DNA of 64,000 nt from an uncultured bacterium (lineage in GTDB: Bacteria > Patescibacteriota > Patescibacteriia > Patescibacteriales > UBA12465): assembly GCA_938003925.1 (NCBI GenBank), contig CALKWQ010000015.1, positions 1,627 to 65,626 of the forward strand. Direction: 5' to 3'. Numbering within the stretch: position 1 is the stretch's first letter; every line of letters begins with the position of its first letter. The notes under the pieces are model-generated. The model worked only from the letters and a program-made list of their open reading frames with translations. It did not search any database and was not told the DNA's origin. Positions 34,100 to 44,012 of the stretch are shown here, piece by piece. Both the position numbers and the translations under genes were made by a program.

Positions 34100-35170
34100 T
34101 CAATTTAACCTTAAGGATAAATACTGACGCAGTCTATCGGCCTGCTTGGGCCAAGAAAAATTAATTTCTGCCCGCTGCTTGCCGGTTGCGCCCAGATGGA
34201 AACATAAACGATCATCGGTTAGTAAGCGCTGTATAGCCGCGCTAATAGCCGAGACGTCTTCCGGATCAACCAATAAGCCATTTTCCCCATCCACTACCGC
34301 GTCGGTCACACCGCCGCTACGGCCGGCAATCACCGGCTTTGCCAACAAATTAGCTTCTAAATACACAATACCAAAACCTTCAAAGTCACCCTCTAAATCA
34401 CGGGAAGTTGTTATAAATATATCACACAAATCTAAACAAGACCACTTCTCTGCTTCACTTAAAGGACCGGTAAAAATAATTTGCTGGGCGACGCGACTCT
34501 TAGCTGCTAAATTGCGCAAGTTCTGCGCCTCGGGACCATCGCCGGCTAAAATGTAAACCCAATTAGTTGCGGGCAGGTTTTCTAAGGCTGCTATCACCTG
34601 ATCAAAGCCCTTACGCCGCACCAGACGACCCAGAGATAAAATAACTTTCTTCCCTGCCAACTGATAGCGTTCCTGCCAATTAGCCTTAATAATAGGATCA
34701 ACCTGGCCTAGTCGAGCCGCGGGATGCAGTAGTAATGTTTTCTGTTTTAGGCTCGGCATAAAGTCCCACGCCAAAGTCTGTACTCGCGAATTAGCACACA
34801 CCACTAACTCAGCTTTACTTAAAATCAAACGCGTTAAGAAGCGTTTGCGCTTAGTTTTAAGTGCCAGGGATAAATCCATACCATGCAGAAAAACACCAAA
34901 ACGTAGTGGTTTAACTATGCTCAACAACCACGCCGCCGTGCCTAAGGGTAGGATTTGTCCGACGAAGATGAAGTCGGCTTGTTGACGCCAGAGCGCTAAC
35001 AAGCTACGCCGCCACCGCCAAGACCCACGAGTTGCCAATAATTCACCGCGACCATTATCCAACACCGACCATTCTGACTTTGGCGACCAGGCTGCCAACA
35101 GATTAGCGTAATAGCTAGCTACGCCACCAATTTGCGGGGGATATTCTAGGGTACAAAGCAATAATTTCAT
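34100..35170 (-). CDS. glycosyltransferase family 4 (GT-B)
   Basis: EGFGIVYLEANLLAKPVIAGRSGGVTDAV: E(x7)E region. Confidence 0.8.
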   Translation of the reverse strand: MKLLLCTLEYPPQIGGVASYYANLLAAWSPKSEWSVLDNGRGELLATRGSWRWRRSLLALWRQQADFIFVGQILPLGTAAWLLSIVKPLRFGVFLHGMDLSLALKTKRKRFLTRLILSKAELVVCANSRVQTLAWDFMPSLKQKTLLLHPAARLGQVDPIIKANWQERYQLAGKKVILSLGRLVRRKGFDQVIAALENLPATNWVYILAGDGPEAQNLRNLAAKSRVAQQIIFTGPLSEAEKWSCLDLCDIFITTSRDLEGDFEGFGIVYLEANLLAKPVIAGRSGGVTDAVVDGENGLLVDPEDVSAISAAIQRLLTDDRLCFHLGATGKQRAEINFSWPKQADRLRQYLSLRLN

Positions 35171-35173
35171 AAT

Positions 35174-36613
35174 TTAAGTGCGGCGGAAAGAAGCAGCAAT
35201 ACTGCTTAAGTCTGCCTTCTTTAATCCGCCCAAAGCAATTAAACTGACAAAATAAACTAAACCACCGACAATCACTACCACAAAAATATTTAAATAAGGT
35301 TTACCCACAATAATAATCACGGCCATTAAAGCAGCAGCAGCCAAAGCTCTTAACAACATCTTTAAATTCCGAGCCGGTTGATAGGCAATCAGTCCGCGCA
35401 TGGACAATAGACCTAAAATAAACATTAAAGCGTTGCTCGCTAAAACCGTGATACTAGCACCCAAGGCCTGCCATGGCGGAATTAATAGTAAGTTCAACAA
35501 CACACTAAATATGGTTACCATAGCCATATTGGCTGTATTGCGCCGCTGGCGATCACAAGCGTTAAGCAAAGAGCCAACCGGAAAATTTAAAAAGATAAAA
35601 AATAAAGCTACAATAGCGACGCGCAAAGGCCAAATTGATTCCGGGCCAGCTTTAAATAAAGGCACAATCTGATCTGCTAAAGCAAAAATACCAAAAATGA
35701 TTGGCAGAGATACAATTAATAAATAGTTAAGAGCTCGTTCAAAAGAGATGCGCAACTGTCCGCGATTGTTAAGCCAGTAGGCGCTCATAGCCGGATACAA
35801 GGAAGCGGTAAAAGCCATGGGTAAAAACTGCAGAGCAAAAATCAGTTTGAAGGCGATTTGGTATAAACCAACCTGTCCATAACCAGCTATAAAGCCTAAC
35901 AGCAACGAGTCAAGATAAGTAAATAAGCGTTGAAAAATGTTATATAAGGCAAAGGGCCAACTGATGTTAAAAATCTGCCTTATCCTCTCCATTTGCCAAC
36001 GCGGGCGCAAACATAAAGATAAGCGCCGCTTCACAATGAAGGCCGAATATAAAAAATTGAATAAACTGGCTAAGGCTAAGGCGCCCAAAAGAGTCACTAA
36101 GGGCCAGCCCGCTCTCATGGCTAAATAACCTAAGGTCAGAACAATAAGCTGAAAAATAACCGAAGCAATGCTTTCATATTTTAAATTATGAAAACCGCGC
36201 ACCACCGCAAAAAAAGTACTAGTAAAGGAATCCAGCACCATGGAAATAGCTGACACTAAAATCAACCACCACAAAGCTTGATCATAAATAAAAGCTGCCG
36301 CACCTAAAGCTAACAATAAAGTTCCGGCCGCTAACGCTAATTTTAAGGCCAGCACTGTCCGCAACCAGTCAGCAGCACGATTCTGTTCTTTAGCCACCTC
36401 CCTGGTCAAAGTGTTAGCAAAACCTAAATCAATAAAAATGGCAAAGATAGTGGTAAAAGCGATAGCCGTGTAATATTGGCCCAAAGCGTCTAGACCCAGA
36501 AAGCGAGCTAGCAGGATAAAATACGAAAAAGAGATGACTTTTTGGATAATTAAAGCCAGAGTCAAATAAGAGGTATTTTTTGCAATATTAGCTACTTTAT
36601 TCATAAATATCAA
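35174..36613 (-). CDS. polysaccharide flippase (Wzx/MOP superfamily)
   Basis: 479 aa, about 12-14 TM. N-terminal NTSYLTLALIIQKVISFSYFILLARFLG pattern. Start may be MNKVAN (36601). Confidence 0.75.
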   Translation of the reverse strand: MIFMNKVANIAKNTSYLTLALIIQKVISFSYFILLARFLGLDALGQYYTAIAFTTIFAIFIDLGFANTLTREVAKEQNRAADWLRTVLALKLALAAGTLLLALGAAAFIYDQALWWLILVSAISMVLDSFTSTFFAVVRGFHNLKYESIASVIFQLIVLTLGYLAMRAGWPLVTLLGALALASLFNFLYSAFIVKRRLSLCLRPRWQMERIRQIFNISWPFALYNIFQRLFTYLDSLLLGFIAGYGQVGLYQIAFKLIFALQFLPMAFTASLYPAMSAYWLNNRGQLRISFERALNYLLIVSLPIIFGIFALADQIVPLFKAGPESIWPLRVAIVALFFIFLNFPVGSLLNACDRQRRNTANMAMVTIFSVLLNLLLIPPWQALGASITVLASNALMFILGLLSMRGLIAYQPARNLKMLLRALAAAALMAVIIIVGKPYLNIFVVVIVGGLVYFVSLIALGGLKKADLSSIAASFRRT

Positions 36614-36776
36614 GCGCCACCTCGCGCAATATGTCCTTAGTATAACAGGTATTGATTAATTTTTAAAGTTATGATATTATCGTAATACCAAAGAAAAAAT
36701 CAAATTCTTTTTTTTGTGCCTTTACCGCAAAAAAGGAAAAATTGCCGAGGCGTTTCCAGCCTCCCTTTAAATTTAT

Positions 36777-37112
36777 ATGAAAAAAGACATCCATCCTAAA
36801 TATTACGACGAGTGCCAAGTGAGTTGTGTCTGCGGCAACACTTTTTTAACTGGTTCCACCGTTCCTGAAATTAAGGTAGAACTTTGTTCTGCTTGTCATC
36901 CTTTCTATACTGGTAAACAGAAATTAGTTGATACTGCTCGTCGCGTAGAGAAATTTGGCGCTAAAGTAGCCGCCAAAGAAACTGCTGCTGTCGGCAAGAA
37001 AGGCAAGAAAGTAAAGAAAGCGGAGAGAGCTGAGGCTAAAGCAAGTAAAGAAGTAGTAGTGAAGACTAAAGACATTAAGAAGATTGCCCAAGTCACCCTC
37101 AACAAAAAATAA
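36777..37112 (+). CDS. rpmE: 50S ribosomal protein L31 (Zn-ribbon type) with Lys/Ala-rich C-terminal tail
   Basis: [10 protein letters not shown]...CVCGN...[13 protein letters not shown]. About 45 extra residues rich in K/A/E. Confidence 0.9.
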   Translation: MKKDIHPKYYDECQVSCVCGNTFLTGSTVPEIKVELCSACHPFYTGKQKLVDTARRVEKFGAKVAAKETAAVGKKGKKVKKAERAEAKASKEVVVKTKDIKKIAQVTLNKK

Positions 37113-37206
37113 GAACTCTTTGAAGAATAATTAGCTCTTGGTTATTAAGCTTGGCGTGCCGGCAAAATAATCGCTACCGGGCTAATTATTTTTTATTCTT
37201 TAAGTT

Positions 37207-38247
37207 ATGTACGCAGAGATCAAACAAAAATTTGCCGATTTGGAGCAAAAACTCTCCGACCCAGAGCTCTTGAAGGAGCCCCAGGCAATGATTAAAATTT
37301 CCCAAGAACATGCAGCCATGAAACGCCTGATTCAATTAATCGCCGAGGAAGAATATTTAGAAAAAGAAATCTCTGCTAACCAGGAATTATTAGCCTCCAC
37401 TGACACTGATGCTGATTTTCAAGCTTTGGCCACTGAAGAATTAGCTGCTTTCGAAGCCAAATTAGAGACAGTCAAAGCTGAGATTGAAGAAGAGCGACAC
37501 CCCCAAGGACCTAATGACCATAAATCAGCTATTATTGAAATTAGAGCCGGCACCGGCGGCGACGAAGCCGCCATCTTTGCGGCTGATTTGTTTCGCATGT
37601 ACGTTCGTTTCTGTGAACGTCGGGGTTGGAAAACCGAAATGATTGATGCTAGCGCTTTAGGTATTGGCGGTTTTAAAGAAATTATCTTTGCCGTTAAAGG
37701 TAATGGTGCTTTTGGCTCTCTGAAATACGAAGCTGGCACTCATCGCGTCCAGCGTGTTCCCGAAACCGAAAAACAAGGCCGCATCCATACTTCTACCGCC
37801 ACCGTAGTGGTTTTGCCAGAAGCGGAAGAAGTTGATGTAGAAATTAAACCAGCCGATATCCGTATTGATACCTTCTGTTCCAGTGGTCCCGGCGGACAGA
37901 GCGTTAATACTACCTACTCCGCTATACGTATTTTACATTTACCCACTGGCTTGATTGTTAGCTGTCAGGATCAAAAATCACAACATCAAAACAGAGAGAA
38001 AGCCCTGCAGGTCTTGCGCTCTCGTTTATTAGCCAAGCAAGAAGAAGAACGTTTATTGGCCGAATCTAGTGCTCGTAAAGATCAAGTCGGGGCTGGCGAC
38101 CGCAGTGACAAAATCAAAACCTATAACTTCCCTCAAGATCGACTCACTGACCATCGCGCTGGCCAGTCTTGGCATAATCTCAGCGCTATTATGGACGGGG
38201 ATTTAGAAGATATTATTAAGACAGTTAAAAAAGCGCTGCGTTCCTAA
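37207..38247 (+). CDS. prfA: peptide chain release factor 1
   Basis: GGQ motif (GPGGQSVNTT). Tripeptide-anticodon region RVPETEKQGRIHTS (PxT type, as in RF1). Confidence 0.92.
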   Translation: MYAEIKQKFADLEQKLSDPELLKEPQAMIKISQEHAAMKRLIQLIAEEEYLEKEISANQELLASTDTDADFQALATEELAAFEAKLETVKAEIEEERHPQGPNDHKSAIIEIRAGTGGDEAAIFAADLFRMYVRFCERRGWKTEMIDASALGIGGFKEIIFAVKGNGAFGSLKYEAGTHRVQRVPETEKQGRIHTSTATVVVLPEAEEVDVEIKPADIRIDTFCSSGPGGQSVNTTYSAIRILHLPTGLIVSCQDQKSQHQNREKALQVLRSRLLAKQEEERLLAESSARKDQVGAGDRSDKIKTYNFPQDRLTDHRAGQSWHNLSAIMDGDLEDIIKTVKKALRS

Positions 38248-38253
38248 AAGTCT

Positions 38254-39111
38254 ATGACCATAGGACAAGGACTATCCCTAGATCAATCTTCCAGCTGGGA
38301 AGCTGCTAGCCTCCTGGCTTTTGTTTGCCGTCGTGACCCTAGTTACCTCTGGGCTCATCCGGAACAAATATTAACCAGAACCCAACAACAATTATTTGTC
38401 CACCATTTAAAACGCTTACGACGTGGCTATCCTTTAGCTTACCTACTAGGAGAAAAATCTTTTTATAATCACACCTTCAAGATTACTCCCTCCGTTCTAA
38501 TCCCGCGTCCAGAAAGTGAAACCATTATTGAGATTGCCCTGCAAGAACTGAAAACCAATCAATATACAGCTTATGCTGACATTGGTACTGGCAGCGGTGC
38601 CATTATTATTTCCTTAGCTACCGCTATTAAACAACAAGCGCCCGCAACTTATCGCCGCAGCCTCTTTATTGCTAGCGACGTCTCCGCTGCCGCTCTCAAA
38701 ATTGCTAACCTAAATACCCATCGTTATCGTTTGTCTAAAAAAATCACTTATCACCACGGTGATTTAATCTTACCTTTACTTAAAAAACTACTCGCAAATA
38801 GGAGTGGTAAAATCTTCTTGGCAGCTAATTTACCCTATCTCACTCCCCAGGAACGTCAGCAAGAACCTAGTATTGCCGCTGAGCCTACCCTAGCTTTAGT
38901 CGGCGGCCGAGATGGGCTCAGTCTTTATCGCCGTCTCTGCCAGCAACTCCAACAAAAACTTGCCCAACAATCTTTCTACTTAATGATGGAAATTAATCCA
39001 GCTCAAGCTCCTGCTCTCACCAAAATTGCTACCAAATATTTTCCGCAAGCCCAGATTAAAAAAATGTCCGACCTTAGTGGCCGGACACGCTTCTTGGCGG
39101 TAGACAAATAA
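38254..39111 (+). CDS. prmC: release factor N5-glutamine methyltransferase PrmC/HemK
   Basis: SAM motif DIGTGSGAI. Catalytic motif reads ANLPYL (NPPY variant). Lies immediately downstream of prfA. Confidence 0.85.
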   Translation: MTIGQGLSLDQSSSWEAASLLAFVCRRDPSYLWAHPEQILTRTQQQLFVHHLKRLRRGYPLAYLLGEKSFYNHTFKITPSVLIPRPESETIIEIALQELKTNQYTAYADIGTGSGAIIISLATAIKQQAPATYRRSLFIASDVSAAALKIANLNTHRYRLSKKITYHHGDLILPLLKKLLANRSGKIFLAANLPYLTPQERQQEPSIAAEPTLALVGGRDGLSLYRRLCQQLQQKLAQQSFYLMMEINPAQAPALTKIATKYFPQAQIKKMSDLSGRTRFLAVDK

Positions 39112-39113
39112 AA

Positions 39114-40211
39114 TTATTCCACACTAGTATTATTATCAGCTACTTCGATCCAGGTTACGCCTGGATTAAATTTTATCTCCTCACCCAAACTGTCATAATA
39201 ATGAGTACGACCGGTCTGACTCTTGCGCCAGGCTGCTTCCTGACACCATCCATCTATACAAACCTGAGCTCGTCCACTGCCCATTAGAGCCAAGTGGAGA
39301 CGACCGACTTCATCTAAAACCTCACTGTCTAAATGATGAATGATTAGATTTTTGGCGCTAATAATATTACCCTCATCTCTACTCTCTAAACCGTTAAAGA
39401 AACGCTGGTACCCATTGTTATCGGGCTGATAGCGCCAAGTAGCCCGAAAATTACTACTAAAACGAATGTTAATCTCGGCGCTAGAACTCGCATGCTCTCC
39501 TTCCGTCTTAAACAACCAGGCCTCAGCTGTCTTTTCTTGTAGGCCGCGCTTGCTTAAGTAGGAGCGCCAATTATCAGCACTAATTAAAACATTATGTGGC
39601 GCCACACGCACACTTGATTGATCTCGCCAAAAATAATTGCCGTTGTAAAATTCATTTAAATCATATAAACCGGCGGTTTTCACTTGATCTAAAGCTTCAG
39701 GACTGCCACCGCAATGCACGAACAGAGCACCTAACTCTTCAGCCCAAGCTACAAAATAGGGACGAGCGCTACGCACTGGGCCGACAGCACTCAGATCAGT
39801 ATCAGCAGGAAAAACCGCTAAGAAGCGAGTCATACCACCTTCAACCGGCGCTTCATAAACTAAAGAAGCTTTACTTAGACCATCTTGTGGTCGAGCTAGC
39901 ACATCATTATCAATTACCACCGCCACCGGAAAAGCCTGGGCCGCCTCAGCCGCTACCACTACGCCGTCTAGCCAGCGTGGCTGACAACCCATGCAAATGT
40001 TCTCCGCCTCTGGATTGACTATTGTTTCCACCACATCCACCTCAGGCTCAGCTGATTGACGCCAAAAACTTAACCAAGATAAATCTGGAGCAAAGATTAA
40101 ATAATAGACACCAGCCGCGGACAACACTAATACAAAAAGGGAGACCCCGAGTAGGAATCTGCCCTTTTGAGATAAGAATTGCGTGCCTTTATCCTCCATA
40201 AATGCCAGCAA
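39114..40211 (-). CDS. DUF3048 domain protein (YerB-like), membrane-anchored
   Basis: VVIDNDVLARPQDGLSKASLVYEAPVEGGMTRFLAVF matches the DUF3048 N-terminal pattern. Confidence 0.7.
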   Translation of the reverse strand: MLAFMEDKGTQFLSQKGRFLLGVSLFVLVLSAAGVYYLIFAPDLSWLSFWRQSAEPEVDVVETIVNPEAENICMGCQPRWLDGVVVAAEAAQAFPVAVVIDNDVLARPQDGLSKASLVYEAPVEGGMTRFLAVFPADTDLSAVGPVRSARPYFVAWAEELGALFVHCGGSPEALDQVKTAGLYDLNEFYNGNYFWRDQSSVRVAPHNVLISADNWRSYLSKRGLQEKTAEAWLFKTEGEHASSSAEINIRFSSNFRATWRYQPDNNGYQRFFNGLESRDEGNIISAKNLIIHHLDSEVLDEVGRLHLALMGSGRAQVCIDGWCQEAAWRKSQTGRTHYYDSLGEEIKFNPGVTWIEVADNNTSVE

Positions 40212-40218
40212 AAGCTAA

Positions 40219-40839
40219 TTATTTTTTCTCTTCAGAAGCTGCAGGAGCAGCTTTAGCATCAGTCGCAGGAGCAGCTTCAGCCACTACGGGCTCTGCTTCT
40301 ACCCTCTTAGGTTCTTCCACTACACAAACCACTTCGTTACCTTCATGCACGAAATCCATGCCTTCAGGTAGTTTCAAATCTTCAACTCTAATCATATCAC
40401 CCAATTCCTGTAAAACTGAGATATCTACATCAATGTGATCAACTAAATCACCAGGCAAACATTCGACAGCGATTTCAGTGAGATTGGCTAAGAATAAACC
40501 ACTCAGCTCGCGCACAGCTTTAGATTCGCCAACAAATTCTAAAGGTATTTCTGCCTTGACCTTTTCCTTCATGTTTACTTTATAAAAATCAATATGCAGA
40601 TAGGTGTTCTTTAACACATCCTTTTGTACAGCCTTGACTAATACTGGAAATTCTTTTCCTGATAAACTTAAGGTAATCAAATTAGATTCTCCCGCTTCGG
40701 CAAATAATTTACTGAAAGCATTATAATTCATTTTCAAAGAAGTCGTTTCTGTGCCGTGGCCATAAATAACACCAGCCAAGTCGTCGCGACCTAATTTCTC
40801 ATTTTTTTCTCTAATTTCAGCTAATAATTTTAATTCCAT
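40219..40839 (-). CDS. rplY: 50S ribosomal protein L25 / general stress protein Ctc
   Basis: LAGVIYGHG..., two beta-barrel halves, Ala/Glu-rich tail. I prefer the start at MELKL (40839), because the longer track ORF overlaps the upstream gene. Confidence 0.8.
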   Translation of the reverse strand: MELKLLAEIREKNEKLGRDDLAGVIYGHGTETTSLKMNYNAFSKLFAEAGESNLITLSLSGKEFPVLVKAVQKDVLKNTYLHIDFYKVNMKEKVKAEIPLEFVGESKAVRELSGLFLANLTEIAVECLPGDLVDHIDVDISVLQELGDMIRVEDLKLPEGMDFVHEGNEVVCVVEEPKRVEAEPVVAEAAPATDAKAAPAASEEKK

Positions 40840-40888
40840 AGATACATCTGGCTCGCCTAAGCTTAAAGTCTTCTCCAGCTGGCGGCGG

Positions 40889-41995
40889 CTAATAATTAAT
40901 TTTTGATTTGATAATGATGTTTTCAATAATACCTACTAGGATAAATAAGGAAAAAATAGAACTGCCTCCGTAACTAATAAAAGGTAAGGATAAACCAACT
41001 ACCGGCATAATCCCGATATTCATACCAATATTAATAAACATTTGAATAAAAATCAAGCCCGCCGCCCCTAAAACAAAATAAATACTGAAATCATTAGATA
41101 GGCTCTTAACGGCCACCAAACAGCGATGAAAAAACAGAGCAAAGAAAAAAAGCACCAAACTGACACCTAAAAATCCTAGTTCTTCAGCAATAACTGCAAA
41201 AATAAAGTCATTTTGCGCTTCGGGTAAAAATTTCAGTTGAGACTGCGAGCCAAAACCAACCCCCTTGCCATACCAAGAACCTGAGCCGACGGCGATGATG
41301 GCCTGAGAAATATTATAACCATCTGCTAAGGCGTTTTCGCCTGGATTCAAAAAAGTCATGACTCTCTGTTTTTGGTAGGGTTTAAAGAAAAAAGACCAGG
41401 AAATAATCAAGACTACCAAGGCAACCCCAGCCACTACCAGCAAGTACTTTTTAGGGAAACCGGCTAAAATTACCATTACTAACCAAATTGATCCCAGCAT
41501 CAAAGCGGAACCAAAATCTGGCTGCAGCAACACTAACAACATCAACAAGCCAGTGCTAACAGCTGAAATCAAAAAATGGCGTAAAGTCTTGACTCTGGTG
41601 GCCAAATCAGCGAAATAGCCGGCCAGAAAGATTAATAAAATGGTTTTAATTATTTCTACCGGCTGAATACCAAAGCCGCCGATGTAAAACCAGCCGCGAG
41701 TTCCACGAATATCTGAGCCTAAAAATAAAACTGCGACTAAAATCAAGATGCCAAAAACATAAAGGTAGCGCCGTAAGCTTTTTAAAAAACGATAATCAAG
41801 TAAAGAAAAGGTAAATAACAACACTAAGCCAATGCCTACAAACAAGCTCTGCTTATAAAAATTAAGCAGATTAACGTTGCCCTGCCCTAAGGCCACGCTA
41901 TATATTTCCATTAAGCCAAAGGCTGACAAAAGCACGACGGCTGCCAATAGCAGCCAGTCAAACTCTTTTAGATAAAGCTTGATTCTAGACCACAT
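40889..41995 (-). CDS. FtsW/RodA/SpoVE (SEDS) family peptidoglycan glycosyltransferase
   Basis: 368 aa, 10 TM. PEAQNDFIFAVIAEELGFLG and SYGGSS motifs. Confidence 0.85.
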   Translation of the reverse strand: MWSRIKLYLKEFDWLLLAAVVLLSAFGLMEIYSVALGQGNVNLLNFYKQSLFVGIGLVLLFTFSLLDYRFLKSLRRYLYVFGILILVAVLFLGSDIRGTRGWFYIGGFGIQPVEIIKTILLIFLAGYFADLATRVKTLRHFLISAVSTGLLMLLVLLQPDFGSALMLGSIWLVMVILAGFPKKYLLVVAGVALVVLIISWSFFFKPYQKQRVMTFLNPGENALADGYNISQAIIAVGSGSWYGKGVGFGSQSQLKFLPEAQNDFIFAVIAEELGFLGVSLVLFFFALFFHRCLVAVKSLSNDFSIYFVLGAAGLIFIQMFINIGMNIGIMPVVGLSLPFISYGGSSIFSLFILVGIIENIIIKSKINY

Positions 41996-41999
41996 AAGA

Positions 42000-42920
42000 C
42001 TACTTAACCGTCTCTCCTCGATAAGGCAAATAAACAGAACTATCTAAAATATTAACGTCAGGTAATATTTCCACCCTAGTAACTCTTTCTTTGCCAGAGG
42101 GCCAAGATAAGCGCACCTCCCTGGTCTCAGTAGACAGAAAATTATCTAAATTATAAACATTAACGCCGCTGACTTGTTCCCCGTTTAACAAAATAATATC
42201 TAGAGGTAAGCGCGCATAATGATAAGGATTATTATTTTGAACCTTGAAGCTAAGACTATGAAAAGGATTTTTCGCCGTATTGTCGGGGGCGCTATATTTC
42301 ACCTCACTAATCATAACGTTCAAGCGTTGAGCCACATAGGCCTCCCAGTCAGGAACATCATGAGCATTCAGGCGTTGCCAAGCAAAATTAGTAGCTTTAA
42401 ACTTTAAACTAGTCGGTGTTTGATCTAATTTCTGACCGGCGATAATTAAATATTTTCTAGCTCCCGGTAAAATAAAGTTGCTACCGCAAACAACATCAAC
42501 CTCTTGGCTGGTTTGTAGACAATAATTAAAGTTACTAAAATGTTTAGGATTAGGATTGTAAACCGGCACTAAAAAATCATAGCGCTCGCCTACAGAAAAA
42601 ATAGAGACTTCACCCACCGATAAAGGGCTGGGAGCGTTAGCCTCTCGATAACCCTGTATATCCAGCAGGCTGGAGGCAATGCTTTCTGCTACCGCCCGGT
42701 CCTCCGCTCGACCATACAAAAAATATACAACGTAGTTATAAGTGGAGTAAAAAACAGTGGCAGCCGAAATAGCGATTAAGAAGATAATGATTAATTTAAC
42801 CAGACGACGACGATTACTCGACAACCACAGGCCGAAATGCATCTGCCTCAAAGTGGTACCGCCCTGATCTTCGTATTTTTTTAAATCAATGCCGCTATGA
42901 GCTCTATTCTTATTTTTCAT
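42000..42920 (-). CDS. hypothetical membrane-anchored protein
   Basis: 306-aa ORF with a single TM (LVKLIIIFLIAISAATVFY). Lies 4 nt upstream of the SEDS gene. Confidence 0.6.
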   Translation of the reverse strand: MKNKNRAHSGIDLKKYEDQGGTTLRQMHFGLWLSSNRRRLVKLIIIFLIAISAATVFYSTYNYVVYFLYGRAEDRAVAESIASSLLDIQGYREANAPSPLSVGEVSIFSVGERYDFLVPVYNPNPKHFSNFNYCLQTSQEVDVVCGSNFILPGARKYLIIAGQKLDQTPTSLKFKATNFAWQRLNAHDVPDWEAYVAQRLNVMISEVKYSAPDNTAKNPFHSLSFKVQNNNPYHYARLPLDIILLNGEQVSGVNVYNLDNFLSTETREVRLSWPSGKERVTRVEILPDVNILDSSVYLPYRGETVK

Positions 42921-42985
42921 AAATATGATATAATTGAGAATATTCTGATTATAGCATAAGTATTTAAGTTTTTAAACTAAACCAT

Positions 42986-43942
42986 ATGTCTAACCCGCTC
43001 GTGCCCTTATCCGTCCCTAGTCGCCAGCGCAGTAATTACCTGCGCAATTTCCGCATCGCTACTCGTGGTACTGGCCGCTTATTTCTATTTGCCGGCGATC
43101 AAAAAGTTGAACACCTAAACCACGATTTTTACGGACCGGGAATCGCAGCTGCGGATGCTAACCCAGAACATTTATTTACCATCGCCGCTCAAGTGCCTGG
43201 CGCAGTCTTGGCAGTCCATATCGGCCTATTAGATCGCTACGGACAAGACTATCGCCAATTGCCCTATATCTTAAAAGTTAACGGCCGCACTCCTTTGGAT
43301 TCTAGAACTGATGACACCTATAGCGGCAGCTGGCTGGCTTTAAACGACATTATTCGTTTTCAACAGGAGAGCAAACTAAAGATTGTTGGCCTGGGCTACA
43401 CCGTCTATTTGGGTAGCAGCCAAGAAGCTCAGATGCTCAAAGAAGCTGCTGCCACCATTCAAGCCGCTCACCAAGCCGGCCTACTCGCTATTATTTGGAT
43501 GTACCCCCGTAATAGTAAGATAAAAAATGAAGACGATTTACACCTAATCGCCGGCGGCGCTGGCGTAGCCGCTTGTCTAGGAGCAGATTTTGTTAAGGTT
43601 AAATATCCCTACAAGACAGCCACGACAGACAAAAAAGCCGAGGAATTTAAAGAAGTTATCCAAGCAGCCGGCCGTACTAACGTTATTTGTGTCGGCGGCA
43701 GCAAACAAGCGGCAGCCGAACTCTTAAAACACCTCTCACGCCAACTGAAAAATGGCTCCACTGGTTTAGCCATCGGCCGCAACCTGCACCAACGCTCTCT
43801 ACCGGAAGCCACCGCCTTAGGCAAAGCTATTGCTGGCATGTTACACCAAGGACTTAAAGTTCAGGAAGCTCTAAAATTATTAAATACCAAGTCAGCCGCC
43901 CCTAAAAAGAAAACTAAAAGTAAAATTTTAGGTATCTTCTAA
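42986..43942 (+). CDS. class I fructose-bisphosphate aldolase (DhnA/FbaB, archaeal type)
   Basis: GADFVKVKYP Schiff-base lysine region, GGS...GRN phosphate-binding end. 318 aa with a Lys-rich tail. Confidence 0.75.
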   Translation: MSNPLVPLSVPSRQRSNYLRNFRIATRGTGRLFLFAGDQKVEHLNHDFYGPGIAAADANPEHLFTIAAQVPGAVLAVHIGLLDRYGQDYRQLPYILKVNGRTPLDSRTDDTYSGSWLALNDIIRFQQESKLKIVGLGYTVYLGSSQEAQMLKEAAATIQAAHQAGLLAIIWMYPRNSKIKNEDDLHLIAGGAGVAACLGADFVKVKYPYKTATTDKKAEEFKEVIQAAGRTNVICVGGSKQAAAELLKHLSRQLKNGSTGLAIGRNLHQRSLPEATALGKAIAGMLHQGLKVQEALKLLNTKSAAPKKKTKSKILGIF

Positions 43943-43965
43943 AATTACTTGCTATCTACTGTAAT

Positions 43966-43996
43966 CAAAAAAGACGCTGTTAACAGCGTCTTTTTA
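43966..43996. terminator. bidirectional intrinsic terminator
   Basis: aaaaaaGACGCTGTtaACAGCGTCttttt: 8-bp perfect palindrome between convergent genes. Confidence 0.7.
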
Positions 43997-44012
43997 TTTA
44001 TATCCATATTAT

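Noticed and set aside
37113-37206. Long imperfect inverted repeat (aataattagc ... gctaattatt) between rpmE and prfA, considered as a regulatory RNA.
   Set aside because: It is most simply a terminator or attenuator followed by a T-run. The inner stem pairs poorly, and I had no basis to call a riboswitch.
40840-40926. N-terminal 29-aa extension of L25 in the track ORF.
   Set aside because: It overlaps the 3' end of the SEDS gene, and the L25 homology begins at the internal Met (40839).
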